From: a virus
Length of the DNA: 59,081 bases
IMG/VR virus record: IMGVR_UViG_3300029497_000003
Reading direction: 5' to 3' (one strand)
Both the position numbers and the translations under genes were made by a program. The first letter of the stretch is position 1, and each line of letters begins with the position of its first letter. Below the pieces are notes generated by a model. The model saw only the letters and a program-made list of their open reading frames with translations. It was not told the DNA's origin and ran no database searches. Below are positions 38,881-47,020 of the stretch, piece by piece.

Positions 38881-39101
38881 TTCTCCACCAGCTTTCTACC
38901 GCAGATAGGGCAATAATTGATTTTATAATCAAAATCCATAAAACTATCTCCTGTTGTAAAGTGAATAAATACGCCATCTTCTCTCTTGTATATATAATCT
39001 TTGTAATCGGGGTTTTTGTAATCTGATGTATAAATGTTTTCGCAAAACTTACACATATCACTTCTTCCCCCATAAATTATCCGGTAATTCCTCGCCGCCA
39101 T
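38877..39101 (-). CDS. zinc-ribbon protein
   Basis: CKFC...CPICG. Confidence 0.5.
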   Translation of the reverse strand: MAARNYRIIYGGRSDMCKFCENIYTSDYKNPDYKDYIYKREDGVFIHFTTGDSFMDFDYKINYCPICGRKLVEN

Positions 39102-39255
39102 AAATCTTGTTAGCGTATTTCTTAAATGTCGGTACGCTACAACCTGCTACTTTTGCCGCCTTTACTTGCGAAGCCTGCCCCGATATGTACAAGTTAATTG
39201 CTTCGTAAAACTTATCTTTGTTTAGTGGGTGTACGCCCATAGCCATAATAATCAC
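39058..39255 (-). CDS. small HTH protein
   Basis: SQVKAAKVAGCSVPTFKKYANK. Confidence 0.5.
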   Translation of the reverse strand: MIIMAMGVHPLNKDKFYEAINLYISGQASQVKAAKVAGCSVPTFKKYANKIYGGEELPDNLWGKK

Positions 39256-39731
39256 TCCTTACTTTGATTTTCAACTTGATGATTATATTTTCTTACATCA
39301 CTACGCATTTTAGATGGCATATTCTTATAACCTGTATTTTGAAGTTCTGCTTTGAAAGCGTTAAAATCATCATCATTTTTAACAAATATACTGACATATT
39401 TATCAATCTGCGGTCTTGTCATAAGCACACCATTTTCAGTAAATACCTTTTTGATGTAGTTTGTATAATAACAATATCCTTTGACTTTTTCGTGGTATAA
39501 TCCCCAAAAATAATCAGCATTTTCTTTTGTTTCAAACTTTGCCCTAATGTGATTGTAACAATGTCTGCACAATGTAATTAAATTACTTTCTCTATCGTCA
39601 CCGCACATTGAAGCTGTTCTTATATGTGCCATTACCAACGCCCGGTGTTCTCTGCTGTTCTTTCCGCAATATCTGCAAGTATAATTATCTCTTTCAAAAA
39701 TCTTGGTCTGTAAATCTTTATATGAACTCAT
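39252..39731 (-). CDS. HNH endonuclease
   Basis: CRYCGK...AHIRT...NLITLCRHCYNH. Confidence 0.75.
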   Translation of the reverse strand: MSSYKDLQTKIFERDNYTCRYCGKNSREHRALVMAHIRTASMCGDDRESNLITLCRHCYNHIRAKFETKENADYFWGLYHEKVKGYCYYTNYIKKVFTENGVLMTRPQIDKYVSIFVKNDDDFNAFKAELQNTGYKNMPSKMRSDVRKYNHQVENQSKE

Positions 39732-39743
39732 AATGAATACCTC

Positions 39744-40823
39744 CTACAATTCCTTACTTTCACACCAACTACTCTTACAAGCGTGATTCATAATGTTAAT
39801 TAAAACCTTTTCAGAAGAAAAGTGAACTAAGCTGTAATCGCATTTTGCCGAAAACTTTGTATTGAAATATTCATCAACTAACATCTTGTAGTCTGTATTA
39901 TCGTCCATATCACTTATAGCCGCATAATAGGTGTCTGTATATCCGTCACGCTCTATGTCAGTTTCTTTTGTTAAATTATCTACTACTCTTGATAAAACCT
40001 TATCTGTTAATGGGTAGTGATATTCTCCAGTACATTCTCCGTGTTTATCTAAAAAGTATTTAAAGAATGCTTCTGTATTTTCTTTGAGCGTTTTATCATT
40101 AGTCCAATCGTAAGCTATCTTGCCAGCTCTACTTATCATTCTTTCCTCGGCAACTTCCCAATCACTTTGAGAGTATTCGCTTATCGGCTTAAACTCTTTC
40201 ACTTTTTTATCTTTGGGTAAAAAAGAATTACATTGTTCTCTGTTAAGAGAATTACATTCTGTACTATTTGATTTGTAATCTTTGTTTAAGTAATCTATGT
40301 TAGTACTTTTTGGTATTGCTTCGTCACTAGCTTGTGTTTGATTTTTCATTGGCTCATTATTGATTACGCACTCGTGCGTAATGGTTTTTTCATTTTCTGG
40401 AATTTCAATTTTATAATCGCTTAATGGATAGCCATTCTTTTTAAGGTCCTTTGCAATATTTACAAGATTTACTCTATATTGTAATGTTCTATCCCACTTA
40501 TATTTAGGGTTATTTCGCTTTGAGATATAGCCCATATCCACCAAATCACCGATATATCTTCTTATCTGACTTGCAGATAAGCCTAACATAACCTCATCGG
40601 CTAATTCTTCGGCGGTTTTATATATCCAACCATAGAAAAGCTCTCTTTCTTCTTCTCCATTGCTCTTCGCAATCTCATTTTCTTTCTTGATAAACTTATC
40701 GGCATCTGAAACTCTTTCGGACCAATAGATAAACTGATTGAGAATAATTGCTTTTCTATAATCGTTTGTTATTGATAATAAATCTTCTCTAATTACGGCT
40801 TTTTTAATTTTTATATCTGCCAT
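39744..40823 (-). CDS. winged-helix DNA-binding protein (replication-initiator-like N-terminus)
   Basis: AIILNQFIYWSERV...SASQIRRYIGDLVDMGYISKR. Confidence 0.4.
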   Translation of the reverse strand: MADIKIKKAVIREDLLSITNDYRKAIILNQFIYWSERVSDADKFIKKENEIAKSNGEEERELFYGWIYKTAEELADEVMLGLSASQIRRYIGDLVDMGYISKRNNPKYKWDRTLQYRVNLVNIAKDLKKNGYPLSDYKIEIPENEKTITHECVINNEPMKNQTQASDEAIPKSTNIDYLNKDYKSNSTECNSLNREQCNSFLPKDKKVKEFKPISEYSQSDWEVAEERMISRAGKIAYDWTNDKTLKENTEAFFKYFLDKHGECTGEYHYPLTDKVLSRVVDNLTKETDIERDGYTDTYYAAISDMDDNTDYKMLVDEYFNTKFSAKCDYSLVHFSSEKVLINIMNHACKSSWCESKEL

Positions 40824-40936
40824 ATTTACCTCCTACGATAGATAACCCTACGATTTATATAAAAACAGTTGCCAGGAGTTCGTAGGTTACTCTTTTCATG
40901 TTGCAATCACTAGGCAACTGATTTTACCAAATTAAA

Positions 40937-41419
40937 TTAAAATACTTTTTTCTTCCATTCTTCCTTGTTCGTAATTCCGTTACTTGTTTCTTTTACAAAA
41001 GCAAACATTTTATCAAAATCTTCTGCATTTATATAAATGCTCCCATTGAAAATGTGAGTTTTCAATCCAAGTTTTGTCACAAGCTTTCTTACATCATACA
41101 TATTAAAGTTATGAATATTCGTTTGGTTTTTGATTATTGTTTTTATTCTGGCGTATGAATAATCGCTTTTCCCCGCCATCTTATTATATTTCGGATTATA
41201 TTTTTTTATAAATTCTGTTTCTTTATCATCCAATTCACTTTCTTTGCAATTAATAATTGCTATTTTGGTGAATTTTTTATCTTTATGTGAATATGGTCTT
41301 GCTAATCCTATTTTAGATTGTCCAACATAAACAACCTCATCCTCATCCATAAGAAAATAGATTATAGGACTTTGAACATTAGGAAGTATTCTTGAATTTT
41401 CATTTTCTGCAAAATTCAT
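40937..41419 (-). CDS. GIY-YIG/T5orf172-like domain protein
   Basis: EVVYVGQSKIGLARPYSHKDKKF...EFIKKYNPKYNK. Start MNFAEN after an AAAGGCAGG RBS. Confidence 0.5.
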   Translation of the reverse strand: MNFAENENSRILPNVQSPIIYFLMDEDEVVYVGQSKIGLARPYSHKDKKFTKIAIINCKESELDDKETEFIKKYNPKYNKMAGKSDYSYARIKTIIKNQTNIHNFNMYDVRKLVTKLGLKTHIFNGSIYINAEDFDKMFAFVKETSNGITNKEEWKKKVF

Positions 41420-41518
41420 AATATTATTACCTGCCTTTCTGATAACTGCCTTATTAACAAAACAACAAACAGGCACTAAGGCTTGTGCTTTTCGCTTCGT
41501 CAAGCTAGTTTGTTGTAA

Positions 41519-41590
41519 TCGGATAGACAGGACCTGAACCTGTGACTACTTGAATAAATCAAGCGTTACTCCCAACTGAAGTACTATCCG
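41519..41590 (-). tRNA. degenerate tRNA-like gene, nominal anticodon UUA
   Basis: 7-bp acceptor CGGATAG/CTATCCG, T-arm ACAGG-TTCAGGT-CCTGT, G18G19 present. D-stem has only 2 of 4 pairs; loop is ATTTATT with a pyrimidine at position 37. Confidence 0.4.
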
Positions 41591-41596
41591 TCAACT

Positions 41597-42042
41597 TGTA
41601 AGAATTTCTGACAAGCTGAAATAAAAAAGACTAGCACAGAGAGATTAAGCAATTCACATTTATAAATTACTTTGGAAGTCATTTATACGCTTAAAAATAT
41701 TGTTTTTGAGGGGATATAAAGTGCTAGTCTTAACAGCAGTATAGGCTATGACACCTATAACAGGTCGTGGCAAAGCTGGATGGAAGTGATTACGCCCGTG
41801 CAGTTTGGCTGTTCAAAGAAAGTGGCTTCGCTCGCTGTCTATCCCTTAAGGATAACTGCTGATTATGAAATATTTGAAATAATTACTACGCATATTTGTG
41901 TGGGATATGCGTAAAACCTCACAAGCCTTGTGACGGCTCTTAACAGCTTTCCGCTATGAGGGTGAAAGGAGAACCTAATGTCATGGTAATTCCACCAAAC
42001 CAGTAAGTTCAAAGGTGCAAGTAACGATTAAGTACTTGCGAA
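41597..42042 (-). ncRNA. large structured non-coding RNA candidate between two tRNA genes (ROOL/GOLLD-class?)
   Basis: About 445 nt with no ORF. Nested helices include gactagcac/gtgctagtc, cagcagt/actgctg, acgcatat/atatgcgt, gcaagta/tacttgc and tataaat/atttata. Confidence 0.45.
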
Positions 42043-42114
42043 CTACCCCTATCAGAATCGAACTGATGATGTAAGAATCAAAATCTTATGCCTTGACCGC
42101 TTGGCTAAGGGGCA
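42043..42114 (-). tRNA. tRNA-Gln (anticodon UUG)
   Basis: Acceptor TGCCCCT/AGGGGTA, D-arm GCCAAGCGGTCAAGGC, anticodon arm TAAGA-TTTTGAT-TCTTA, T-arm ATCAG-TTCGATT-CTGAT. Confidence 0.85.
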
Positions 42115-42120
42115 ATTAAG

Positions 42121-42297
42121 CTACTCTTTATCTTCAAAGAGTGCTGCAATATCATTTGTGCTATCAATCTGTTCTACAAAGTTATCTGTGCCGTTAGGAT
42201 GTGTATCTGGATTACCATTGCAATTTTTGCAAGGCGTTTCAAACCACATTTTAAATTTATATAAGCAATTACAGCAATCTTCCTCTGGCTTAAGCAT
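42121..42297 (-). CDS. 58-aa Cys-rich protein (below the ORF-track cutoff)
   Basis: My own translation: MLKPEEDCCNCLYKFKMWFETPCKNCNGNPD... The ATG overlaps the MazG stop codon (TAATG). Confidence 0.5.
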   Translation of the reverse strand: MLKPEEDCCNCLYKFKMWFETPCKNCNGNPDTHPNGTDNFVEQIDSTNDIAALFEDKE

Positions 42298-42713
42298 TAG
42301 ACATCACCTGCCTGTCTATGATTAGCTCTGTAAGAATCAAAGCCATCCGGATAACGTGCTATAAGCTTATCTACGTTTGTCTGCATTACATCATCAAGAC
42401 TGAATCCGCAAGCTTCGCAAATCATAGCAACGTACCACATTACATCACCGCACTCTTTCTTAAGATGTTCTAAGTCTATTCCTTTTTCGTGGAATATGCC
42501 CTTTTTAACAAGGTCTGATACTTCGCCAGCTTCACCAGTTAAGCCTAAGACACCATTAAGAAGTCCTGCTATGTCATTTATGTTGCTACACTTAGCATTG
42601 TTTTCTGTTAGAGGACTAATTGGAAGCTTACCGGTTAATTCGGTACACAGCCTGTGATGAGCCTTTTTATCGTTAGTACGCATAGCCAATTTTTGGTATT
42701 CATTGCCCTGCAT
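42297..42713 (-). CDS. mazG: MazG-like nucleotide pyrophosphohydrolase
   Basis: EYQKLAMRT...LTGEAGEVSDLVKK...ECGDVMWYVAMI...NVDKLIARYPDGF. Confidence 0.8.
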   Translation of the reverse strand: MQGNEYQKLAMRTNDKKAHHRLCTELTGKLPISPLTENNAKCSNINDIAGLLNGVLGLTGEAGEVSDLVKKGIFHEKGIDLEHLKKECGDVMWYVAMICEACGFSLDDVMQTNVDKLIARYPDGFDSYRANHRQAGDV

Positions 42714-42829
42714 TTATAACTCCTAACTCTTTTTTGTTTTTTAAAAATTTTTGGAATTCATTCAGCCGACTTGCTGATTCTCTGATGTGTTTATTGAATA
42801 TCTTGTGATTAATTAATATGTGTCTATTA

Positions 42830-43300
42830 TACACCTAATTAGCTTAAATGTATAGATGTTAATTAGATTATTTTTAATTAAATATATAAGTGATTTATTA
42901 GTATTAATTATATGATTATGTGTTATTTATATATAATTATATAATATGTGTATTATGTGGGTAATAATAATATAAATATATATTAATATATAAAGCCTTT
43001 TTCTTATCGTGGAAAAATGAGTGACTTAGTTGGGGCGTGTTCCGAGGACAAATAAACCCCCTCCGCCCTTGTCCGTGTAATTGTGTCTATTTTATGCCAT
43101 ATTCTCAAACAATTAACACAATTAACACCATATCCATACTATAACGCCGATAAACCTTAATTTATCAGCGTTATCTAAATGCTTAGCACTCACAAACCCA
43201 GTATTTAAGCGGTTTTCAAGTGGTTTAAATTGTGTCTGAATTGTTTATGGCGTTTATCTGCTGTTTATCCGTTAATTGTGTATCATTTTGGTTTAATTGC
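42830..43300. promoter_or_regulatory. extremely AT-rich tract plus a cluster of AATTGTKT repeats at and downstream of the terS 3' end (candidate pac/TerS-binding or regulatory region)
   Basis: taattgtgt at 43078, 43228 and 43273, variants at 43239 and 43293, inverted copies at 43107-43124. 42830-43010 is almost pure A/T. Confidence 0.4.
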
Positions 43301-43887
43301 TGGCGTATTTCTGCGGCTGTAAGAGCTGTTTTATTAGTGTTTTCTCTGCTAACACCGGGCAAGTTCCAAGCAAAATGTCTGTTAAGTATTGCAAGGATGC
43401 CGACAGGGTTTTTATTGCCAGTTGCGAGCTTGTTTGATAGACTCTCTTCACGAAAAAGTCGCAGTTTTTGCGCGATGTCGAAACTTTTTGTACTTAGTTT
43501 TCGCTCGCTATTCCCCCAATCTAATATAGTATCTCTATTAATTCCAGTTAATAAGCTAAATCCTATAATACTACATTCTTTATCATAAACAGCACATAAA
43601 TAGTAATATATATATAATATATACTCTACTTTATCATAATCATACATATTAAAATTATTATCCATAATGCAATTAGTATTATTTTTATTAATATTCTTAT
43701 TTAATTTTAATATACTTTTATCACCAAAAACATATTTATTTATATACATTAAGGCAGCGTTCCATCGGCTCTGTGGCTCCTTGGTCATATCTTCGATGTT
43801 GTGGTCTTCACAGAACTGCGACAAATAAAGTTCTATGTCGCTTTGAAATACTTCGGGTGTTTCTGCTGTTTCCTGTACTTTCTCCAT
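43225..43887 (-). CDS. terS: terminase small subunit (Terminase_2-like)
   Basis: GFSLLTGINRDTILDWG...GNKNPVGILAILNRHFAWN. Contains an AT-rich N/I/K insert. Confidence 0.6.
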   Translation of the reverse strand: MEKVQETAETPEVFQSDIELYLSQFCEDHNIEDMTKEPQSRWNAALMYINKYVFGDKSILKLNKNINKNNTNCIMDNNFNMYDYDKVEYILYIYYYLCAVYDKECSIIGFSLLTGINRDTILDWGNSERKLSTKSFDIAQKLRLFREESLSNKLATGNKNPVGILAILNRHFAWNLPGVSRENTNKTALTAAEIRQQLNQNDTQLTDKQQINAINNSDTI

Positions 43888-44033
43888 CTGTTCCCCTTTC
43901 TGCCGGAGCTTATCCAGCTTATTATAATATATACTAATAACATAAAAATAACCCGATAACTATTATTTAATTATCGGGTGTAAATCTTATATATTTAATT
44001 ATTGAAATAATATAGCATAAATATATTGCAAAG

Positions 44034-44729
44034 TCAATTTTCTTTACTTGATTTATAGTTATATTTTTCTAAGATTGGCTTATATAATTCCTCTTCTGCC
44101 TGTTTTCGCGCGGCTGCTGCTTCTTCTAGCGTCTTAAAATAGCCTATTATATTTAACTTGCCTTTAAAGCCAATGTATGCAACATAATTGTTCGTTGTTT
44201 TTCGATAGCTTACACCCTTAACTCCGGAACTGTTCGCTTTCCCCAGCTTATCGCTGTTAATTGTACTAAGATTTGTTTTTTCTACCTGCCCTAAATATTT
44301 ATTAATATTTTTCTTGGAATTTTCCCGCTTCACACATCCACAGGACACGCATCGACCAGATGTAAGATTGTGTTGAGTTTTATTAAAGATTTTCCCACAA
44401 TTTAAACATTCACACTCCCATATCGTTTGAACTCCCTTCCCACTTATGCGTTTAACTACTTTAATCTTGTTAAATATTTTGTTTGTTAAATCTATATCAT
44501 TCTCTTTTTTAACAACGCCCTTGTATTTTTTGCTTAATTTTTTAGCTGCTACACAGCCACACGATTTACTTTTCCCATACTTTAAATTTTTAGCACTTAC
44601 TTCTTTAACTTTTCCACAAATGCAGCGACATTTGTAATATCTTTCCCCGTTTTTACTTGGGGCTTCTTCTATAGCTGTCCAATACGTGCCATAAATTTTT
44701 TCTTCTGGTTCAAATTCTATTCTTTTCAT
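44034..44729 (-). CDS. AP2-domain DNA-binding protein with two Cys4 modules
   Basis: YYKCRCICGK...SCGC twice. C-terminus GVKGVSYRKTTNNYVAYIGFKGKLNIIGYFKTLEEAAAAR. Confidence 0.65.
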   Translation of the reverse strand: MKRIEFEPEEKIYGTYWTAIEEAPSKNGERYYKCRCICGKVKEVSAKNLKYGKSKSCGCVAAKKLSKKYKGVVKKENDIDLTNKIFNKIKVVKRISGKGVQTIWECECLNCGKIFNKTQHNLTSGRCVSCGCVKRENSKKNINKYLGQVEKTNLSTINSDKLGKANSSGVKGVSYRKTTNNYVAYIGFKGKLNIIGYFKTLEEAAAARKQAEEELYKPILEKYNYKSSKEN

Positions 44730-44803
44730 CGTTGCATTCCTGCTTTCTGCTTTAAAATAAAAAAGATGTATAACCGCCTATTTTAACGATTATACATCTT
44801 ATG

Positions 44804-45061
44804 TTATGGTTTATTATGTTTATATTGTCTTATATCTGTTATTTTTACAAGCGACTGCACAGGATTTTCTTCGTCTTTCTGCAAGATTTCAAAATCTGCG
44901 ATTATTGGCATGTCATTCTCGTCGTCGCCAACCCAGCAGCAACCAGAATCAAGGATTTCTTCTTCGTCTCCGTCGCTCTGCCATAAATCAGCAAATCTAA
45001 TTTCCTCGCCAACCTCTAACATATTACCATTGTACATTTTAAACTCTCTCATGTCGTCCAC
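44804..45061 (-). CDS. hypothetical acidic protein
   Basis: 85 aa, D/E-rich. Confidence 0.5.
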   Translation of the reverse strand: MDDMREFKMYNGNMLEVGEEIRFADLWQSDGDEEEILDSGCCWVGDDENDMPIIADFEILQKDEENPVQSLVKITDIRQYKHNKP

Positions 45062-45074
45062 CTTTTAACCTTTC

Positions 45075-45269
45075 TTAATTGCTTTCTTTTTCACATTCAA
45101 AGCCTAATAAAATATTGCTTGCCAGCTCTTCGCTTATTTCTTCTTCTGCGATTGGCTTTCTGTTCTCTGCTCCGATTATTTCGTCAAGACTTGCATCAAT
45201 ATCTGCAAGCGCCTTTTCTCTGTCAAATCCTAATTTAACAACTTTGTTTAATAAATCTAATGTTCTCAT
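45075..45269 (-). CDS. hypothetical protein
   Basis: 64 aa; first gene behind the leftward operator-promoter. Confidence 0.5.
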   Translation of the reverse strand: MRTLDLLNKVVKLGFDREKALADIDASLDEIIGAENRKPIAEEEISEELASNILLGFECEKESN

Positions 45270-45316
45270 AATTGTTTACCCTCCAGCATTTAGCTGCCTT
45301 TCTTTTAATTTCTGTC

Positions 45317-45348
45317 ATTATAATAACACTAATATTAGTGTCTGTCAA
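45317..45348 (-). promoter_or_regulatory. leftward promoter with an embedded palindromic operator
   Basis: Minus strand: TTGACA-gaCACTAATATTAGTGt-TATTATAAT. Confidence 0.7.
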
Positions 45349-45357
45349 TAAGTTTGT

Positions 45358-45585
45358 TTAAAAATATTTTATCTTTTCTTCGTCAGTTGGCGTTACTTCT
45401 ATTATATCGGACGGCTGGCACTTTAATATAATACATAATGTATTAATCGTGTCTGTTGTTATGCCTTTTCCCTGTCTTATATTCTGTAGTGTCGCTTGAC
45501 TAATTATCTTGTCTTTGCGCATTTTTGTACTTGTATATCCTCTGTTAGATAATTCCTTAAGCACATCTATTTTATATCTCCACAT
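45358..45585 (-). CDS. XRE-family HTH regulator
   Basis: ISQATLQNIRQGKGITTDTINTLCIILKCQPSDII. Own TTGACT-17-TACAAT promoter upstream. Confidence 0.75.
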   Translation of the reverse strand: MWRYKIDVLKELSNRGYTSTKMRKDKIISQATLQNIRQGKGITTDTINTLCIILKCQPSDIIEVTPTDEEKIKYF

Positions 45586-45679
45586 CTGTTTTGCTCCTTT
45601 CTCATAAGGTTACAAACATTGTATATTTTTTATGTTTAAAAGTCAATTAAAATATCGTATAAAATCTCTAATTTTGGTG

Positions 45680-45711
45680 TTGACAAGCACTAATATTAGT
45701 GTTATTATAAT
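45680..45711 (+). promoter_or_regulatory. rightward promoter with the same palindromic operator
   Basis: TTGACA-agCACTAATATTAGTGt-TATTATAAT, an inverted copy of 45317-45348 (2 mismatches). Confidence 0.7.
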
Positions 45712-45831
45712 CTTGCAAATAAAAAAAGGCGGTCACTCCTACTAAGAACGAACCGCCACCCGGCGGTCTGGTGTAGGGCTGCAACCTTGCCACTGACGAG
45801 ACAAGCAAAATATGAAAGGATGGTTAATATT

Positions 45832-46089
45832 ATGATGATTTTACTTGAAAAGATTAAGAAGTTGGAACAACTGGAAAAAGTCGCAAACGAAGCAGAGGCA
45901 AGATATACAGAAGAACCAGAAAACGCAGAGCTTGAAAACGCCTTTGATGAGGCATACAAGGCAGAATTTGACGCATATATCAGCGCTGCGAAGTATATCG
46001 AATATATAACAGGCGGTGCAGTTGATTTTATGAAAGCAAAGGAATTGATACAGACTAAACGCGCGGAGCTTTTGCAGCTCTTAGCATAA
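45832..46089 (+). CDS. hypothetical helical A/E/K-rich protein
   Basis: ATG 8 nt after AAAGGATGG. Preceded by a roughly 115-nt leader with alternative hairpins. Confidence 0.5.
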   Translation: MMILLEKIKKLEQLEKVANEAEARYTEEPENAELENAFDEAYKAEFDAYISAAKYIEYITGGAVDFMKAKELIQTKRAELLQLLA

Positions 46090-46090
46090 T

Positions 46091-46133
46091 TAGCGAGGCT
46101 GGCACCTCCGGGGTTCAATTCCCCGGCTTGCTA
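46091..46133 (+). ncRNA. tRNA-like acceptor/T-arm minihelix 1
   Basis: tagcgag-N10-ccgggg-TTCAATT-ccccgg-cttgcta-A, starting 2 nt after the stop codon. Confidence 0.45.
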
Positions 46134-46138
46134 AAATA

Positions 46139-46170
46139 AAAGAGAGGAAGTACAATATACTTCCTCTCTT
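46139..46170. terminator. 12-bp perfect hairpin (terminator-like; T-run on the minus-strand side)
   Basis: agagaggaagta-caata-tacttcctctct. Confidence 0.5.
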
Positions 46171-46265
46171 ACCATTCAAATAACATTCACCTAAAATTAT
46201 ATAATGACAAATGCCTTTGTTATAATAGCATTAAAATATAAAAAAGTAAAGGAGATTTAAAAAAG

Positions 46266-46988
46266 ATGGCAGGATATTATAAAAATCAAATGAGTAACAA
46301 CGCTGTTTGGGCGTATTCGCAAGGTGAAAAACCTATGTATAAGTGGACTAAAACCGCTATTTTGGAAGAGATAGATAACATTTTTTGGCACGCCGACAAA
46401 GAAATAGAAATAGATTTTAAAAAAATGACATTAAAGGAATTAAAAGAGCGTTTTTTGGTATGGTATTCTTGGCATCATACAGGAAAATTTTACAATGAAA
46501 CAGATTTTTATTGTATAGAAGAAAGTACAGTATTAAACTTTACGGTTAAAGAATTCGATGAAATTATATCTAACAGAAAAAAGAGAACGTATACAAGAAG
46601 AACTGCGGCAGAGTTAGAACAGATTAAAGCAGAAAAAGAAAAAGATATATTGCTTACCGAGAGAAGCAAAGAACTTTATAGAAAATTATATATAATTTAT
46701 ATATATAAATCAGATTTAAAAACCTTTAAGGGGCTAATAAACAGGTTTTTGAATGATAAAATAAATATAGAAAAAGATTTTGCTGAAAGCGTAGAAATCG
46801 CAAGGCAAAAAGAAGAACACAGAATAAAATGCTGGCAAGGAGATGTAAACGACTGGCACAACAGAGAAGGAATTGTTGATTTGTATTATAAAGACATAAG
46901 AGCTTATGTCTTAAGAATGCGAAGAGTAGAAGATTATCAAATCGACAAAAAGCTTTTAAAGCAAATAAAAAACAAAATAGTGAATTAG
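46266..46988 (+). CDS. hypothetical protein
   Basis: 240 aa, AAAGGAG RBS, tgttataat promoter-like element upstream. Confidence 0.6.
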   Translation: MAGYYKNQMSNNAVWAYSQGEKPMYKWTKTAILEEIDNIFWHADKEIEIDFKKMTLKELKERFLVWYSWHHTGKFYNETDFYCIEESTVLNFTVKEFDEIISNRKKRTYTRRTAAELEQIKAEKEKDILLTERSKELYRKLYIIYIYKSDLKTFKGLINRFLNDKINIEKDFAESVEIARQKEEHRIKCWQGDVNDWHNREGIVDLYYKDIRAYVLRMRRVEDYQIDKKLLKQIKNKIVN

Positions 46989-46994
46989 CTTTTT

Positions 46995-47019
46995 AAGGGT
47001 GTACAGGTTGCACCCTTTT
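46995..47019 (+). terminator. intrinsic terminator
   Basis: aagggtg-N9-caccctt followed by tttt. Confidence 0.55.
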
Positions 47020-47020
47020 G

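Noticed and set aside
45705-46118. 137-aa minus-strand ORF
   Set aside because: It is A/S-rich antisense to the plus-strand ORF and its leader. It would run into the outward promoter and has no RBS.
45716-46133. Possible tmRNA: an ORF ending ...LLQLLA-stop followed by a T-arm/acceptor-like 3' end
   Set aside because: There is no GGGG...GGUUUCGAC-type 5' end, the 3' acceptor strand pairs locally rather than with the transcript 5' end, and the ORF is 85 aa with its own RBS. The tag-like ending is a coincidence.
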